A stretch of DNA of 62,843 nucleotides, counting the filler, from Perkinsus olseni (Eukaryota), in the NCBI GenBank assembly GCA_013115125.1. It is 35 parts of 35 records of this genome, joined end to end, with 100 filler letters (N's around TTAATTAATTAA, not from the genome) between each part and the next. Parts side by side here need not be neighbours in the genome. Positions count along the whole stretch, not along the records: positions 47,111 to 48,777 come from JABANN010001789.1; positions 48,878 to 50,543 come from JABANN010001790.1; positions 50,644 to 52,307 come from JABANN010001791.1; positions 52,408 to 54,069 come from JABANN010001792.1; positions 54,170 to 55,830 come from JABANN010001793.1; positions 55,931 to 57,589 come from JABANN010001794.1; positions 57,690 to 59,343 come from JABANN010001795.1; 28 more parts are not named here. The stretch is one strand, 5' to 3'. Both the position numbers and the translations under genes were made by a program. How positions within the stretch are numbered: the stretch's first letter is position 1; each line of letters begins with the position of its first letter. Below the pieces are notes generated by a model. The model was not told the origin of the DNA. It searched no databases and saw only the letters and a list, made by a program, of their open reading frames with translations. Below, in pieces: positions 47,216 through 59,343 of this stretch.

Positions 47216-47920
47216 ATGGTCGTTCTTTCGTCCCTGCCATTCTGTCTTGCGATTTCTCTTGTCCTTGCACAAGGCAACGTGAGCAGCCCTACGCCCTCGT
47301 CCACTACTGGTGCTATTACCACACCTACCGTTACCAGTACCACTCCTACCGTTACCAGTACCACACCTACCGTCACCAGTACCACACCTACCGTTACCAG
47401 TACGACTTCACCTGGCCCTGTGAGTACCACTCCTCCGCCGGCTAAGTATTGTCCTATCGGTTGGTGCCTGGACACGCGGTGGTTCCAGGGCCGTCCATGC
47501 ATCACGCCCAAGTCGGGCTACTTGAAGATGTGTTGGGATAACTTCTGCAAGGCCGATGCGAACCATCGACACATTCATCCTACAAATGCTCATGGCGGAG
47601 GACAAGGCACGTACTGCAAGAACTGGCAAGGCACTGCGGGTCGTGTCTGCTTTCACGACGCCAACCTTCCCTGCCACTGTGACGGCTTCAACTCGACGCC
47701 CTTCTCTCTGTCTCCTAGAGACGGTTGGTCTGTGGCCGATCCATGCAGCTATTTTCCCCCTCCCGGTCCACTGACGAGCGTTTCGCCTGCTAGTCGTACC
47801 ACTACTTCGGCCCCCACGTCGCATACCGTTGTCCCTCTATCTGACAGCAGCGACGTGAGACCGGCTGTCATCCTGTACATGGCTCTGGCCTGCATTGTGA
47901 GTTCATTTTTCGTTAGATAG
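47216..47920 (+). CDS. Secreted or membrane-anchored mucin-like Cys-rich protein
   Basis: Signal peptide, 4 x 21-bp PTVTSTT repeats, Cys-rich domain (YCKNWQ...VC), hydrophobic GPI/TM-like C-terminus. Confidence 0.8.
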   Translation: MVVLSSLPFCLAISLVLAQGNVSSPTPSSTTGAITTPTVTSTTPTVTSTTPTVTSTTPTVTSTTSPGPVSTTPPPAKYCPIGWCLDTRWFQGRPCITPKSGYLKMCWDNFCKADANHRHIHPTNAHGGGQGTYCKNWQGTAGRVCFHDANLPCHCDGFNSTPFSLSPRDGWSVADPCSYFPPPGPLTSVSPASRTTTSAPTSHTVVPLSDSSDVRPAVILYMALACIVSSFFVR

Positions 47921-48877
47921 ACGGTTGGTGGTCGAGCGTGGTGATTATACCGGTCGTCAAAGGGGTTCATTTGTAATTCTAAGCCGGTAGTTTGGTAAAT
48001 CGTCTTTTAGGCGTTTCTTCTACTGCATTCGTAGATTACTGTGCCTTGCGTTTGTAAGGATGTTAACCAGAAGGATTTGGCGATTTTTGCGTGATGGTAG
48101 ATTTTTTGGCGTTGCTAGGGTTTTTTTCGCGGGTTAAGGGAGAATATTTTAGACCTGTTTATAATGTTTCCAAAGGTTGAAGCGCTCGATACTTGAGGTT
48201 CTCCGAAGTTAGAGTGTTAATTGTCGCCGCAGTGCTTGCGTTAGGGACGATTGCTTACGGCGTGTCGGCTTTCTTCTCATCACCGGCACTCTATTCGCTG
48301 CGATTATCGAAGATACCCACCCCACTGGGTTGGCTTTTGAAACGCTGAAGCGGCTGGTCATCGTCGCGGTCGTTGTGATACTCTCTCCTGTTATTTATGC
48401 TCATCGTTTGACTACCACAAGATGAGTAGGAGGGAAATTTACGGGAAATTTTCCGATTTTTTCGGGAAAACAATCGACGCGGACGTGGATTTTTTGTGAA
48501 TCGCTATTTTTTCCTTGCCTTATGATTTAGAACTGTTCTTCGATTTACCAGTCGGAAAATCTTGCCCTAGCCTAATCATTATCAACTTTTTGGGAGAAAA
48601 AGTTGTAGGAAATACCCTCTCTGGTCGGTTTTACGTGTTTAATATCACTCGTACCTCCTGAGTTGATTTCGGTCATAGATTCGGATTCCCCATGCTCGAA
48701 AACATATATGCTCCAACTTTCTGCCTTACTCCCTTTCATACGTGGAGAAAGTGGGGTTAGTGTGGTTTTCTCGGCATNNNNNNNNNNNNNNNNNNNNNNN
48801 NNNNNNNNNNNNNNNNNNNNNTTAATTAATTAANNNNNNNNNNNNNNNNNNNNNNNNNNNNNNNNNNNNNNNNNNNN

Positions 48878-50444
48878 GGTACGTGGAGCAGGCAGCGGAC
48901 GAGTAGGAGTCCTTGATACCGGGGTAGCAGGTAATGGTCTCATCGGTGGCTCCGGAAGCGGCGGAGGAGGCCCATAGATTTCCAAAATAGAAGGTTCAAC
49001 CGGCCTTTCAGAGCGGACAGGAGCGGCTTCCGCCTCGGCGGTAACGTCAGCAGTTCCTTCAGTCGTCACTTCTCTTGAGGGCGGTGTAATCAGCTCAGTC
49101 ACGGCTTCTTGAACAGTCGGAGTCGGAGGGACCGCAGACTCAGCAGGGCCTTGTGAAGCAACTTCACGAACAGGAGCGGGCACTGGCCAAACCTTCACAC
49201 GCCTCCGAGACCTGATTCTAGTCAAGACAGCCTGAAGCTCACGGAACTCGCGAGGAGCAGTACACTCAGCCAAGAATGAGGGGAACGGACAACGCTTCAT
49301 CCTTGCCCATACTACCAACCGCAACTCCTAGCCCGACCGAAGACTTCAGGCTGTACCGAAGACAACCGAAGACGCCATACTTCGGATGGTCGCAACATAT
49401 GCTAGGACCGAAATTAGAGCGGACGAAGGCGCCCAATTCCTCATAAAGAGCGGGCAAACGAGTCAACGGGCTAAGGAAATCATGAGCTGTAAACTTCAAG
49501 TCAGAATCATCCGGAATCACTTCCTTAGGATCCTTTTTAAAGTCGACAAAGCACAGAGGATAACACTTAGCTTCAGCAGTACCCTGGATGTGAGCGGTCA
49601 GAACCTTCTCATGAGCGGACATAGAGGTCTTGGAGCGACCACAAGCGTGCTTAGCAAACACCCTTAAACCCGCCTCGATCTGGCTGCTGTCGGGGAAGTC
49701 ATCAGCGGACAGGCGCTCTTGGCGTTGTCTGGGTACCCAAGTCGAAAAGGCATTGCAGGCCAAGCACAACGAGCAGCGATCGAGCGGACAAATAATTGAG
49801 GTACGGACCATATGACCATAATCGTAGGTCTCCAGCCCTTCCTCAGTAACGGGCATGTTGAAGACGGCCTTGAAACCAAACATCGCCTGCGTCAAGGCGA
49901 CGCTCTCCTCCGCAAAGGTAGGAGTCAGACCTTCGGTCAAGGACATCACCGCCGGAAGACGGAACGGTGAGCCTCGACCGATTCTACAGCGGACAAGGGC
50001 CGTGATCGACGTGGCTTCGAGAAACCGCGGACATTCCGGGCCTGAGCACCCGGAAGAGGCTCTCTCTGCATCACCATGACGGTCATGAGTCTCGATCATC
50101 TTGTGGTTGTGGTCATAGCCTTCCAGCGGACGAACGGCCTTGCCACGGCCAGGGGAAGCCAGGGTACACGTAGAGGCGTAACGAGAGGAGCGGACATTAC
50201 GAGGAGTCGGAGGATCGTCAGTACCGAGGAGAATAGTCGTGAAATGCTTGACCTGAGGACCCAAAGCGGCCCTCGCCAACGCATCCCTACCACCTTCAAT
50301 TTCCAACTTCTCAGGCGTTGGAGAAGCCAGAATAACCTCCGAATAGACGTCCTTAAGCAGATAGGGGAAGAACGACATCGAGCGGACAGATAACGCTGTT
50401 GAAGAGCAGGTAAGTCGAGAGCAAACGGACAATAAAACGGGCAA
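48878..50444 (-). CDS. Two overlapping hypothetical ORFs (Cys/His-rich, then Pro-rich), probably element-borne
   Basis: Intronless ORFs 50444-49266 and 49324 to the contig edge; 19-bp tandem repeat upstream at 50486-50523. Confidence 0.45.
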
Positions 50445-50643
50445 CCGTTACACGTTGTCGAGGGCGGTAGCCGCAGCCAAATTTGCGTCACGCGCCACGA
50501 AATTCGTCACGCGCCACGAAATTGACCGCGCAGGATAATCGTANNNNNNNNNNNNNNNNNNNNNNNNNNNNNNNNNNNNNNNNNNNNTTAATTAATTAAN
50601 NNNNNNNNNNNNNNNNNNNNNNNNNNNNNNNNNNNNNNNNNNN

Positions 50644-52307
50644 CCCCAAAAATGGTTACGGTGTATCGAATACTACTAGCTACGGCTTGTCTGATACCAC
50701 CGTGGCCAACTACGACGACGATGACTCGGGCGACGAAGAAGACCAACTATGTGACGAAGACAATCTGCCTCCGTGGGAAGCACTACGACGCGAGTGGGCT
50801 TATGATGAGACTACCCCACTCGGAAGACCGGTCGTACGTGCCTCGTGGAAGGACTCTAGTAGACCACCAATGAACTACCGTCAAGCAGCCGCTCGTGGTG
50901 CTCGGTCTACTAAACGACTGACGACTGCTCAAGTCGAAGCCTTTCAACAAGCTCTGAAGACCTATCTCGATCGTGGGTTCTGTACTATAGTGCAGAACAA
51001 CGCCCTGGACAACTACAATAAGGGTCCTTCTTTTGACCAATGTCAGCAAGCTTGGGATAGGCTCACTAAGGGCACTCACTACGAGGGTACTACGGTAATG
51101 AAGCCCAAGCACTATACCCCTGCACACACGGTATTTAGGGATAATCACCCTACTACCCCGTGCAGAATTGTGCTCGACTACAGAGTACTGAACAAGTACC
51201 TACTACGTGGCGGCCGAACTCAGAACGACTTACAAGGCACCCTACTACAACTGAGAGGCTTTCGCTACTTCGTGGCTTCCGATATAAGTAAGGCCTTCTG
51301 TCAAATGAAGGCTTCCCTCTACGACTTGGCCTACACCAACTACACTTGTATTGGTGACTACACTGTTCTCTGGAGCAGTGTGTCCTTCGGTACGACTAGT
51401 GCCCCTAACTTTCTTGAATGTTGTACTCACGATGTCACGGAGGAAGCAGAAGCACTACAGGGTGTCGGTGCCAGTCTTACTATGAGTCCACTAATCGACC
51501 CCCACTTGTATAATGACGAAGACTTGGAGAAGGTTCTACTACTACCCTCTCCAGAGGCCTTCGACTACATTCGCCTTGGGCCTCATATTCCCAAGGAGCT
51601 GGTACTACTCAAATACGTGGATGACTTGTTCAACGGCGGTGATACCCCCGAGATAGCCACTCAGGCTAACGACTTCTCACTACATCTTCTAGGTGGACAC
51701 GGATTCAAGGTGGATGCGATCAAGAATTTGAGATCGTGGTCCCAAACAACTACAGAAGATACTAGTGCCAAGTCTCTACTAGGGTACCACTACCGTGGTG
51801 AGCTTCTTTCCGTGGTCTACTCTGGCTCTCTACCTGGTCGAGTGACTACTAAACGTGAAGCTTGTTCGGCACTAGCTTCTCTCTATGACCCACTTGGGAT
51901 TTTCATAGAGTATGACCTGAAGGGTAGACTAATATGGAGACGTATCTGTGAGAACTACAAGTCGTGGTCCGACCCTATTGATACTAACGTGGCCAACGAC
52001 CTCGGCGACTGGGTGAAGGAGTGTCAAGCCGTCACTACCCAGGGAGTCCCTCGGCATGTCAATGTCCGAGAACAGCCACTACTAGTCTGTACGGATGCGT
52101 CTACTGACCTCTGGGGCGTAGACATACGCTGTACAGACAATACGACGATCTCCACTAGACTACTCAGTCGTGGTGGTGTGTTCCCGAAGGGCCAGACGGC
52201 GTGGACTATCCCTCGCAAGGAGCTAGTCGCTCTCTACAAAGGCCTTCAACTACTCAGGATGATGTCGCCCTACCTTCCTGTGCCAACCTACTATAAGCCC
52301 TACCTAG
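50644..52307 (+). mobile_element. pol: BEL/Pao-like RT + RNase H
   Basis: HTVFR....TTPCRIVLD, SDISKAF, FGTTSAP, KYVDD, TKRE..S.LASLYDPLG, CTDAS, TIPRKEL. Confidence 0.92.
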
Positions 52308-52415
52308 NNNNNNNNNNNNNNNNNNNNNNNNNNNNNNNNNNNNNNNNNNNNTTAATTAATTAANNNNNNNNNNNNNNNNNNNNNNNNNNNNNNNNNNNNN
52401 NNNNNNNGTATATAA

Positions 52416-52437
52416 TCCGTAGCCATCTTGGCTCAAG
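52416..52437 (+). ncRNA. Genomic copy of the spliced leader exon (TCCGTAGCCATCTTGGCTCAAG)
   Basis: Matches the Perkinsus-type SL (ACCGTAGCCATCTTGGCTCAAG) at 21 of 22 nt, and the first base fits the D of the dinoflagellate consensus; followed by ACC, not a GT donor. Confidence 0.9.
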
Positions 52438-52478
52438 ACCTTAGTTGGGCTTTTGCGTTTCCCCAATTAGGATCAAAC

Positions 52479-53915
52479 ATGGCGACACCTTCCGACGAAC
52501 TCCAAGCGGCAAGAAGCCAAATCCGTCAATCCAAGCGTGCACTCCGTGACACTCGTGAGAAGTTGAAGAACATCCTCGACGACGAGACCGACGACACCAA
52601 GAAGATTATCAATGACCTTCAGGTTAAAGAAGTCAACCTGACCAAGTGCATCGAGGAACTCGAGTCCCGCATCGCTGAACTCGAGCTGTCCATCGACAAC
52701 GAGCGTTCACAGATCGCTCGACAAGAAGGCCGGTCGAGAGTTGCGCTTCCGACATCGCCAACAGCTGAGAAGCAGAACAAGCATGCCATTTCATTATTCA
52801 TGTCCGCCAGCGAGCATGAGCAAGACGACAAACGTGACGACGACATCGACAACCACGAGACTCCCTCGAAGATACTCTCGTCCGCCTCCTCCGACCAGCT
52901 TACCGCGGCTGACCTTGGCGCTCTCTCGGTACCGTCGCTTCAGACTCCGTCATGCATTGGTGCCCATCTATGCTTGCTGGAACAGCTCTTCCAGGAGGCC
53001 GGTGCTGGTACGATCAGCTCTGGTGTGTTCATACCTCATGGACATCTGCGCATCACTGTGTACAACAAACTGCTCGAGAGCGTCCAGTCCTGCGAGTTGG
53101 TATCGAGTGTCATTCACGACATCGCCCAGAACAGCGAGTACAAATGGTCCGTGATCAAGGCTGAACTACAGCAGGAGTTTGCCCGTCGAGACCTTCTCAA
53201 AGCCGAGTACAACGCGGTCATGAGGTCTCTCTCCTTCTCTGGCCTTGGCACCGTGGAAACCTTCTTACGGAAGGCCCTGGCTGCCTTTCGTATGTACCGT
53301 ACTGTGTACGGTTCTGACCGGGCTGAACTGCGGTCCATGACTAGATCCGTGGTCATGAAACTGCCAGAGAAGCTCCGGATATGTGTGGTTCAGAGTCTGC
53401 AGAGTGAGAAGGTTGGTAGTGGTGACTGGGAACTTGCCTTGCCGTTTGATGATACCAGTGGTCGTCCGTCTGTGATCTCTGTCATCAGATCTAACTGTCG
53501 TACCTTCCGAGATGCTGGTGTCTCTCTCGACAGTCATCACGGTTCCAACAACAACAGCAACCATAACCACAGCAACGGCAAAGGCTACCACAACTCTACC
53601 GACCGAGTAGCTCAAGTATCTGACGGTAAAGGTGGTCGTGGCGAGTCTCTCTCCAAATGGGCTGGCCGCTTCGCGGCTGTATTTGTCGTTACTGGTCCCG
53701 GAGTCGCAGGCTCTCCCGAGAATCACGTCCAGTACGACGATGCTCGACACTACCCCCGGAAAGATGGTAACGGCGTCATCTGGTTTCTGGCCTATAAGGA
53801 TGAGGAGAATGGTTCCAAGATCATCGGCGACCTCTCCAGTGACCAGTTCGAGACCAGAAGGTTCGAGTTCCGTACCAGACGCCTCACGTCTACCCCGGCA
53901 CCGTCAAAAAACTAA
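52479..53915 (+). mobile_element. gag: Complete gag (coiled coil, capsid-like core, possible RRM-like C-terminus) ending at a slippery site
   Basis: Intronless ORF homologous to the gag at 20134-20652, which precedes a protease/RT; the -1 frame is open from 53912 to the contig end. Confidence 0.72.
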
Positions 53916-53968
53916 GTAGGCCTGATGCTGAGGTTCGCGAAACACCTCTGCATCCTGCCGGCCTATCT
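53906..53968 (+). promoter_or_regulatory. -1 frameshift signal: A_AAA_AAC-UAA plus a long stem-loop
   Basis: Heptamer in gag phase directly before the stop; pairings TAGGCC/GGCCTA, GATGC/GCATC and GAGGT/ACCTC. Confidence 0.8.
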
Positions 53969-55043
53969 ACTGAAGTTTCGCAATCCGTCTCTCCTCCAGT
54001 TAGCGAGGATAGTGTCCTTGCTCTTTCGTCTGCTACCATTCCGCCCGAGATTCTGCTGCGTGGTGCCCTNNNNNNNNNNNNNNNNNNNNNNNNNNNNNNN
54101 NNNNNNNNNNNNNTTAATTAATTAANNNNNNNNNNNNNNNNNNNNNNNNNNNNNNNNNNNNNNNNNNNNGCCTCAAACACGTAGTATGTGCTGAATTAGA
54201 CTGATTTTTGTGATTTGCATATCGAATTGGAACACCCTGTACTTCGAGCCCCGTCTGAGATAACCACACTCTACTGAGTTGTAGTGCACACGGTGTACCG
54301 AGACAGTCTGGCGCACCTGAATAACGACAGCATGAGTCGCACGTGAACATCCACGCGCAGTTGTTTATTTCCTGCACGGACTGCCGACTAGGACTGAGCT
54401 ATGGGTGAGAGCAGGCCGTTACACTAAAACGAGTTCATTTCAATCCTTCCATCTCGAAGGTCATATCCCTTACACGAACAATTCTAACACAGGACATCAG
54501 TCAGCACTCTCGGGCTTATGCGCGTGGTTTCATTGGAAGTTTCAATGAATGTTTCAATCTGAAACCAAGTAGGGACTCTTCCCTTATCAAGAGGAGGTTG
54601 CTGTGAAGTAAGTCACTCCGAGAATTTGGACTTTGCCAAGATACTCGAGTCCGTGTCGCAGCTGCTGAGAAAACATGTCTTGATGAACATAGGTGACGGG
54701 TAATTCCTAGTGGAGCACAACCAGCGCGTACTGTCTCTATTCGAACCCGGATAAATCTCGGCCGTCATACATGATAAAGGCGAATACTCGTCGAAAAGTC
54801 GCGACTCGATGGTCCCTCCGCCAAAGCAGCGCCGAGTCTTGTATGCCAGGCTTTAGATGTAGCGGTTTACCAGGGGTGAGAATAGGGAAAGCATCGGTGA
54901 CACTGATTGGTGGCGCCTCCTGTGTCGCGCGTTCGCGTACAACATCACGTCACGCTGTTCGCTTCACGTCGCTCTCCCTTCATGAACGTCTTGACATTTA
55001 CTTTGCTTCGCCCTACAGTTTAGTGAAATCTTTCCTCCCTTCA

Positions 55044-55795
55044 ATGCTGGCCGGGTTCTCCTTTATTTCCCTCCTGCTATCGGATTCTTTCTCTCTGGTT
55101 TCGGCCGATCGTCAGCACACTGTGAGTGCCTTGATCCTGAGACCGAGTGAGTTCACCATGCACGACTACGAAGCGATGCTCGAGGCCGGAGCCAACAGGC
55201 TCATTTTGGGGCCCAGCATCGCCGTCGCCTCGGGGACCGTCCTGGTCCCTGGGGACATCAACAAGACTTTCATGTCCGAGATCCATGACCTTACCCAGAA
55301 GTACAATGCTGAAGTATATCTGAGCGTCTCCCCGCTCTTCAACAAGGGAGATAACACCTCCGGATTCAAGCAAGGCTTTGCCGACTCGATCCGCGAGCAC
55401 TTCAAGACGTTTTATTTGGATGGCGTCGTGGTCGACTCTTACGCCATGCTGGATTACGTCGAGGCCGTTCAGGCCATGGGTGATATCGTACGCGGGACTT
55501 ACACGTGGAGCTGGAACCGCGCCGTGGCTGCGCTGAAGTAGGTCCAATGGCGGTCCTTCTCGAAGGTGCGCCGCTCATCGTCGCCTCCAGGTTCAGCAGT
55601 GACGAAGACTCATGGTCATTCGTAGAGCAGGTTGACCCCTCTCCTCACTTCCACTACGCCATCTGTTCCCTCGACAATGATTCCATGTCGCCTAAGATCT
55701 ACAAGAGCATTGCGTGGACCGATGAAGTCCTACAGAAGTGGGACAACATCACCCGCGCTGTCCAGATCCCGAACTCCGATGGATCTGGAAGTTAG
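55044..55795 (+). pseudogene. GH18 chitinase-like secreted protein, catalytically degenerate and disrupted
   Basis: Signal peptide, VYLSV, FADSIRE....FYLDGVVVDSY (DGxDxDxE degenerate); frame break near 55541, which could instead be an intron. Confidence 0.5.
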
Positions 55796-55930
55796 CGATC
55801 GCCCGAGATATCCGAAACGGCTGGCCGACCNNNNNNNNNNNNNNNNNNNNNNNNNNNNNNNNNNNNNNNNNNNNTTAATTAATTAANNNNNNNNNNNNNN
55901 NNNNNNNNNNNNNNNNNNNNNNNNNNNNNN

Positions 55931-56720
55931 CGACCAGATCCTGTCTTGAGTTGAAGACCTCTTTGAAAGAGCGCGCCGCGTGCTCTTCGAAATCTGCGAT
56001 GCATCTGGTGATCTTAATGCCGGTGAAGAGCTGCAGGATGTCGTTGAACACGAGGTCGTATACCGATTTCTTCCGACTCGGCATGAGGATGAACGCACAA
56101 AGCGACATGTCGAAGCAGTTCTTGCGCTTGACCAACACGCCGTATTGCTGCCCCCAGAGGGGGCAGCAAGCCGCGAAGGTACCATCGATAGAAAGGCGGA
56201 GTCCATCCTGATTCCGAGCAATCATCTCGATGTGGCTCCTGGAGGCGAAGATGAGGTAACGATTGGTATCGTCACGACCGGAATCTAATTGCAGTATCTG
56301 CTCCTCGACGACAGCTCCTCCGGACTCAGACGTGAACGCAGCTCGCGTGTACTTGGGGGGATGCCGAAACCATAGCGGCAACGCGGTACAGGAGGCCGCG
56401 GGTTATTCCGCTGCATAGTCCGCCTTATATGTTCAAGGCAAGTCTCTCTCGAGGGTAACTGACTCAGAACCTCTTGTGGCGCTTGAACGGTGAACTCATC
56501 GTAGACATCGGCAGCCGTGCCTCTCGGCCCCAGAGCACCGGAACATACAAGACTGTCCATTTGCATCCTCAACCTGTGACCGTCCGCATTCTCTTCGCCA
56601 CATACGTGAAGTTTGGGAGCCTTCAGCAGCAGCTGATTTTCGTCACCACTGATGTCGCCACACACGATGAGACGACCCGGACAGTAGACCGCGGGCTTGG
56701 TACGAGTCGCTCGCTGTACC
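55931..56720 (-). mobile_element. Mutator (MULE) transposase with a frameshift near 56380
   Basis: LSIDGTF, Q.Y.V, AFILMP.RKKSVY, IADFE; upstream C.GR...H.C WRKY/FLYWCH-like remnant. Confidence 0.85.
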
Positions 56721-56967
56721 CTAGAGCAGGCCCACTAAGTTGTGCCCGGGGGGGGGGCTCGGCCAGGAGTATACGTCGAATAATACGACGAATTTCAGAG
56801 GGTGGTGCAAAGATTAGCAGAATGAGTTGCTGGCCCCGTAAACCAGAGGTTGAAGCACCCGGCATGGTAAGCTATCTATTCCATGGTAGTTTACAGAGCA
56901 GAAGGGTTCCGTCAGTCACACAGCAGTTTGTATTGCATATGGAGTCCGAATTTTGGGCCGACCAGCA

Positions 56968-57032
56968 GTGACTTCTCCCGTACGGTACGGGAGAAGTCAC
57001 GGGTAGTACGGTACGGACCGTACCGTACTACC
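56968..57032. repeat. Two adjacent perfect palindromes (16+1+16 and 15+1+15)
   Basis: gtgacttctcccgtac-g-gtacgggagaagtcac and ggtagtacggtacgg-a-ccgtaccgtactacc. Confidence 0.97.
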
Positions 57033-57689
57033 TGTTGCAGGCAAAGCTGGTGGTGTGGTGTGGAGGAGAAGGTATCCGATAAGCTTGAGTAGCAGTAGCA
57101 GTAGTAGAGTAATGCATGGTGAGGCTGAGTGATGAAAAGACATTAAGAAGAATGAACTAACATGAAACACATCAAATGCGATAAGAGATTCAGTTGCAGT
57201 GAGTCACTTAAGCATCCCAAGAGTAGACTGTGAGCTCTTAGCGTCCAAAGAGTTACACTTCGCAAGCCGTAGAGTTCCCTAGAGCACGGTTTGCCGCGTA
57301 GTGGTGGTGATTTCGGTAGATAGAGCTTTCGAGCGTGGTGATATTGGCTGTCGCGCGCCACGAAGTTAGGCTGAAAATAGCGGTGTGATTGGGCTGGTGG
57401 TGGGTCGGGTGCGAGTTGTTTCGGAGCCTAGTAACTTCAGGTATGAGACAAATCCGTTGGCCAGCGTTTCGGAGATAAGTAGGTTGCGGCAGTGGTGGCG
57501 TTTGTTAGGTGTGACTTTGTGAGAGAACGATACTAAAGCAATTGTATTGTGTGCGGTTCTGTCTCTCTGTGTGGCTCTGTCTGCCGTATNNNNNNNNNNN
57601 NNNNNNNNNNNNNNNNNNNNNNNNNNNNNNNNNTTAATTAATTAANNNNNNNNNNNNNNNNNNNNNNNNNNNNNNNNNNNNNNNNNNNN

Positions 57690-59343
57690 ATCCTCATGCC
57701 GTCAGTCGATAGAGTGAGGTTTGACGAGAGATTGGCGGAGAAAAAGCCGAGGCTGTGGAGGGAGGCTCGGGACCTGATGATAAACTGATCAGAACCTGCC
57801 CGTTATCATCTGCAGATCCGCCCAGTTGAGCAGGAACTCGATGTTGACTGAACTGCTCAAGCGTCTCAGCTAAGTAAATATCGGCATTGTCGACGACACT
57901 CGCCGAGGGTAAGTTGATGAGTAAGAGGGTCCTAGAACGGGGCTCCCCGCCATGGACAACTACCCCGATAACACTGAGGTGCTCCGATTCTTGCGTAGAG
58001 AACAGGTGGAGCTGAAGGCTCCGTGCGAAGCTTCAGAATTTACGAAGAGCGTTCGATCCAACCCCGAGCCCTATACTCACTTAGTTGGGTCGGAGGCACG
58101 ACGAACCTTGGCAGATTCCTCGCCTTCCCGGACGATCGGCTGAACATGGATGAATCACTCGCGCATGAGGACTCGACGAGGAAGGAGCACGGACCAAGGT
58201 CCATTCCCCGACAGCATCCCGTGCTTGCACGGTATCGTCGCACCCATACTACTACCATGGGCGACCCGGCTGTTGGCTGCTGACTCGCGCCAAGACCTGC
58301 GGTTTCGATCTCTTCTATTCTTGCCATCAGTGCCTGAGTAGGCAAGCATAATGCCATGCAGGAAGGAGCTCACCTAGCGCAAGTCCAGTGGTTCACCTTG
58401 CGCTCCTCAACAAGCTGATCAACTTGCGCTGCTCTTTCATCGAACTCCGCTCGGGACACCTGGAGACAGCCTCTTGACCATCCAGTTTTGACACCCCACG
58501 CAATGAGCGGTCTCAATTCGGCGAAGAGCACGAGTTTCCCCATCACCTTCTGTGCATCCAGCTGCCGTAGAAGCTCTGACTCTCTCGTTTCGAGCTCACG
58601 AATTCTATTCGTTAACGCCGAGCTAGTTGTCTTCTCTTCGGCGAGATCCTAAACGACTATCATGCTCCATACAAAACCCGGTTTTAAGCGGCGTTTAAGC
58701 ATGAAGAACATGAATGAGCCTTGGATACTCGCCCACCTTCTCGGTCTCCTCCAGCTTTACTAAGAGTTCATGCTCGGTCTCGGCGATCCGCAGCTGGATG
58801 TCGATATCAGACTGATGCTTTCCCCTGAATAACAGGTCACCTATCCGAAGGGACCACGAGGAACCCGCTCGCTCGGCTCGGCCCACAGCCGCGTATAGCC
58901 AGGTCCGCAAAGCAGTCAGGCACCTACTCGGGAGCAGCTTCGTCGTGTGTAAAGTCTTCCCCCGCCGGGCAGTGCTCCTTCTAAGTACAAAGAGTCGAGT
59001 CGCTCCGAGTGACTCACTCAACTCGAGCGCAGCCATGGTCAGAGCTTCTACCTTAACCCCGGCCAGAGAAGCCTCTCGCTCTTCTAGCTCACGCTCTCTC
59101 TCGGCTAGCAGCTCTTCCGATGCCTTCAGCTGCTTACACGCCATAGTTACGAGCGATGCGGAATAACACTATGCTGCTACCAGGTTGTATTTCTCTTCCA
59201 CCTCGGCCCCACGCCTGGCCTCCTCCGCCGCCAGCCTCTCCTTCGATACTTCCAGCTCCGCTAAGGACCGCTGCAGAGCTTCGCATTCATCCCTCGAGGC
59301 TACCTGGAACTGGTACATTTCCCAAGGTACTAGCGCAAGCATG
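57690..59343 (-). CDS. Multi-exon coiled-coil hypothetical protein, internal part
   Basis: Heptad-rich E/R/L exons with GT-AG boundaries. Confidence 0.55.
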
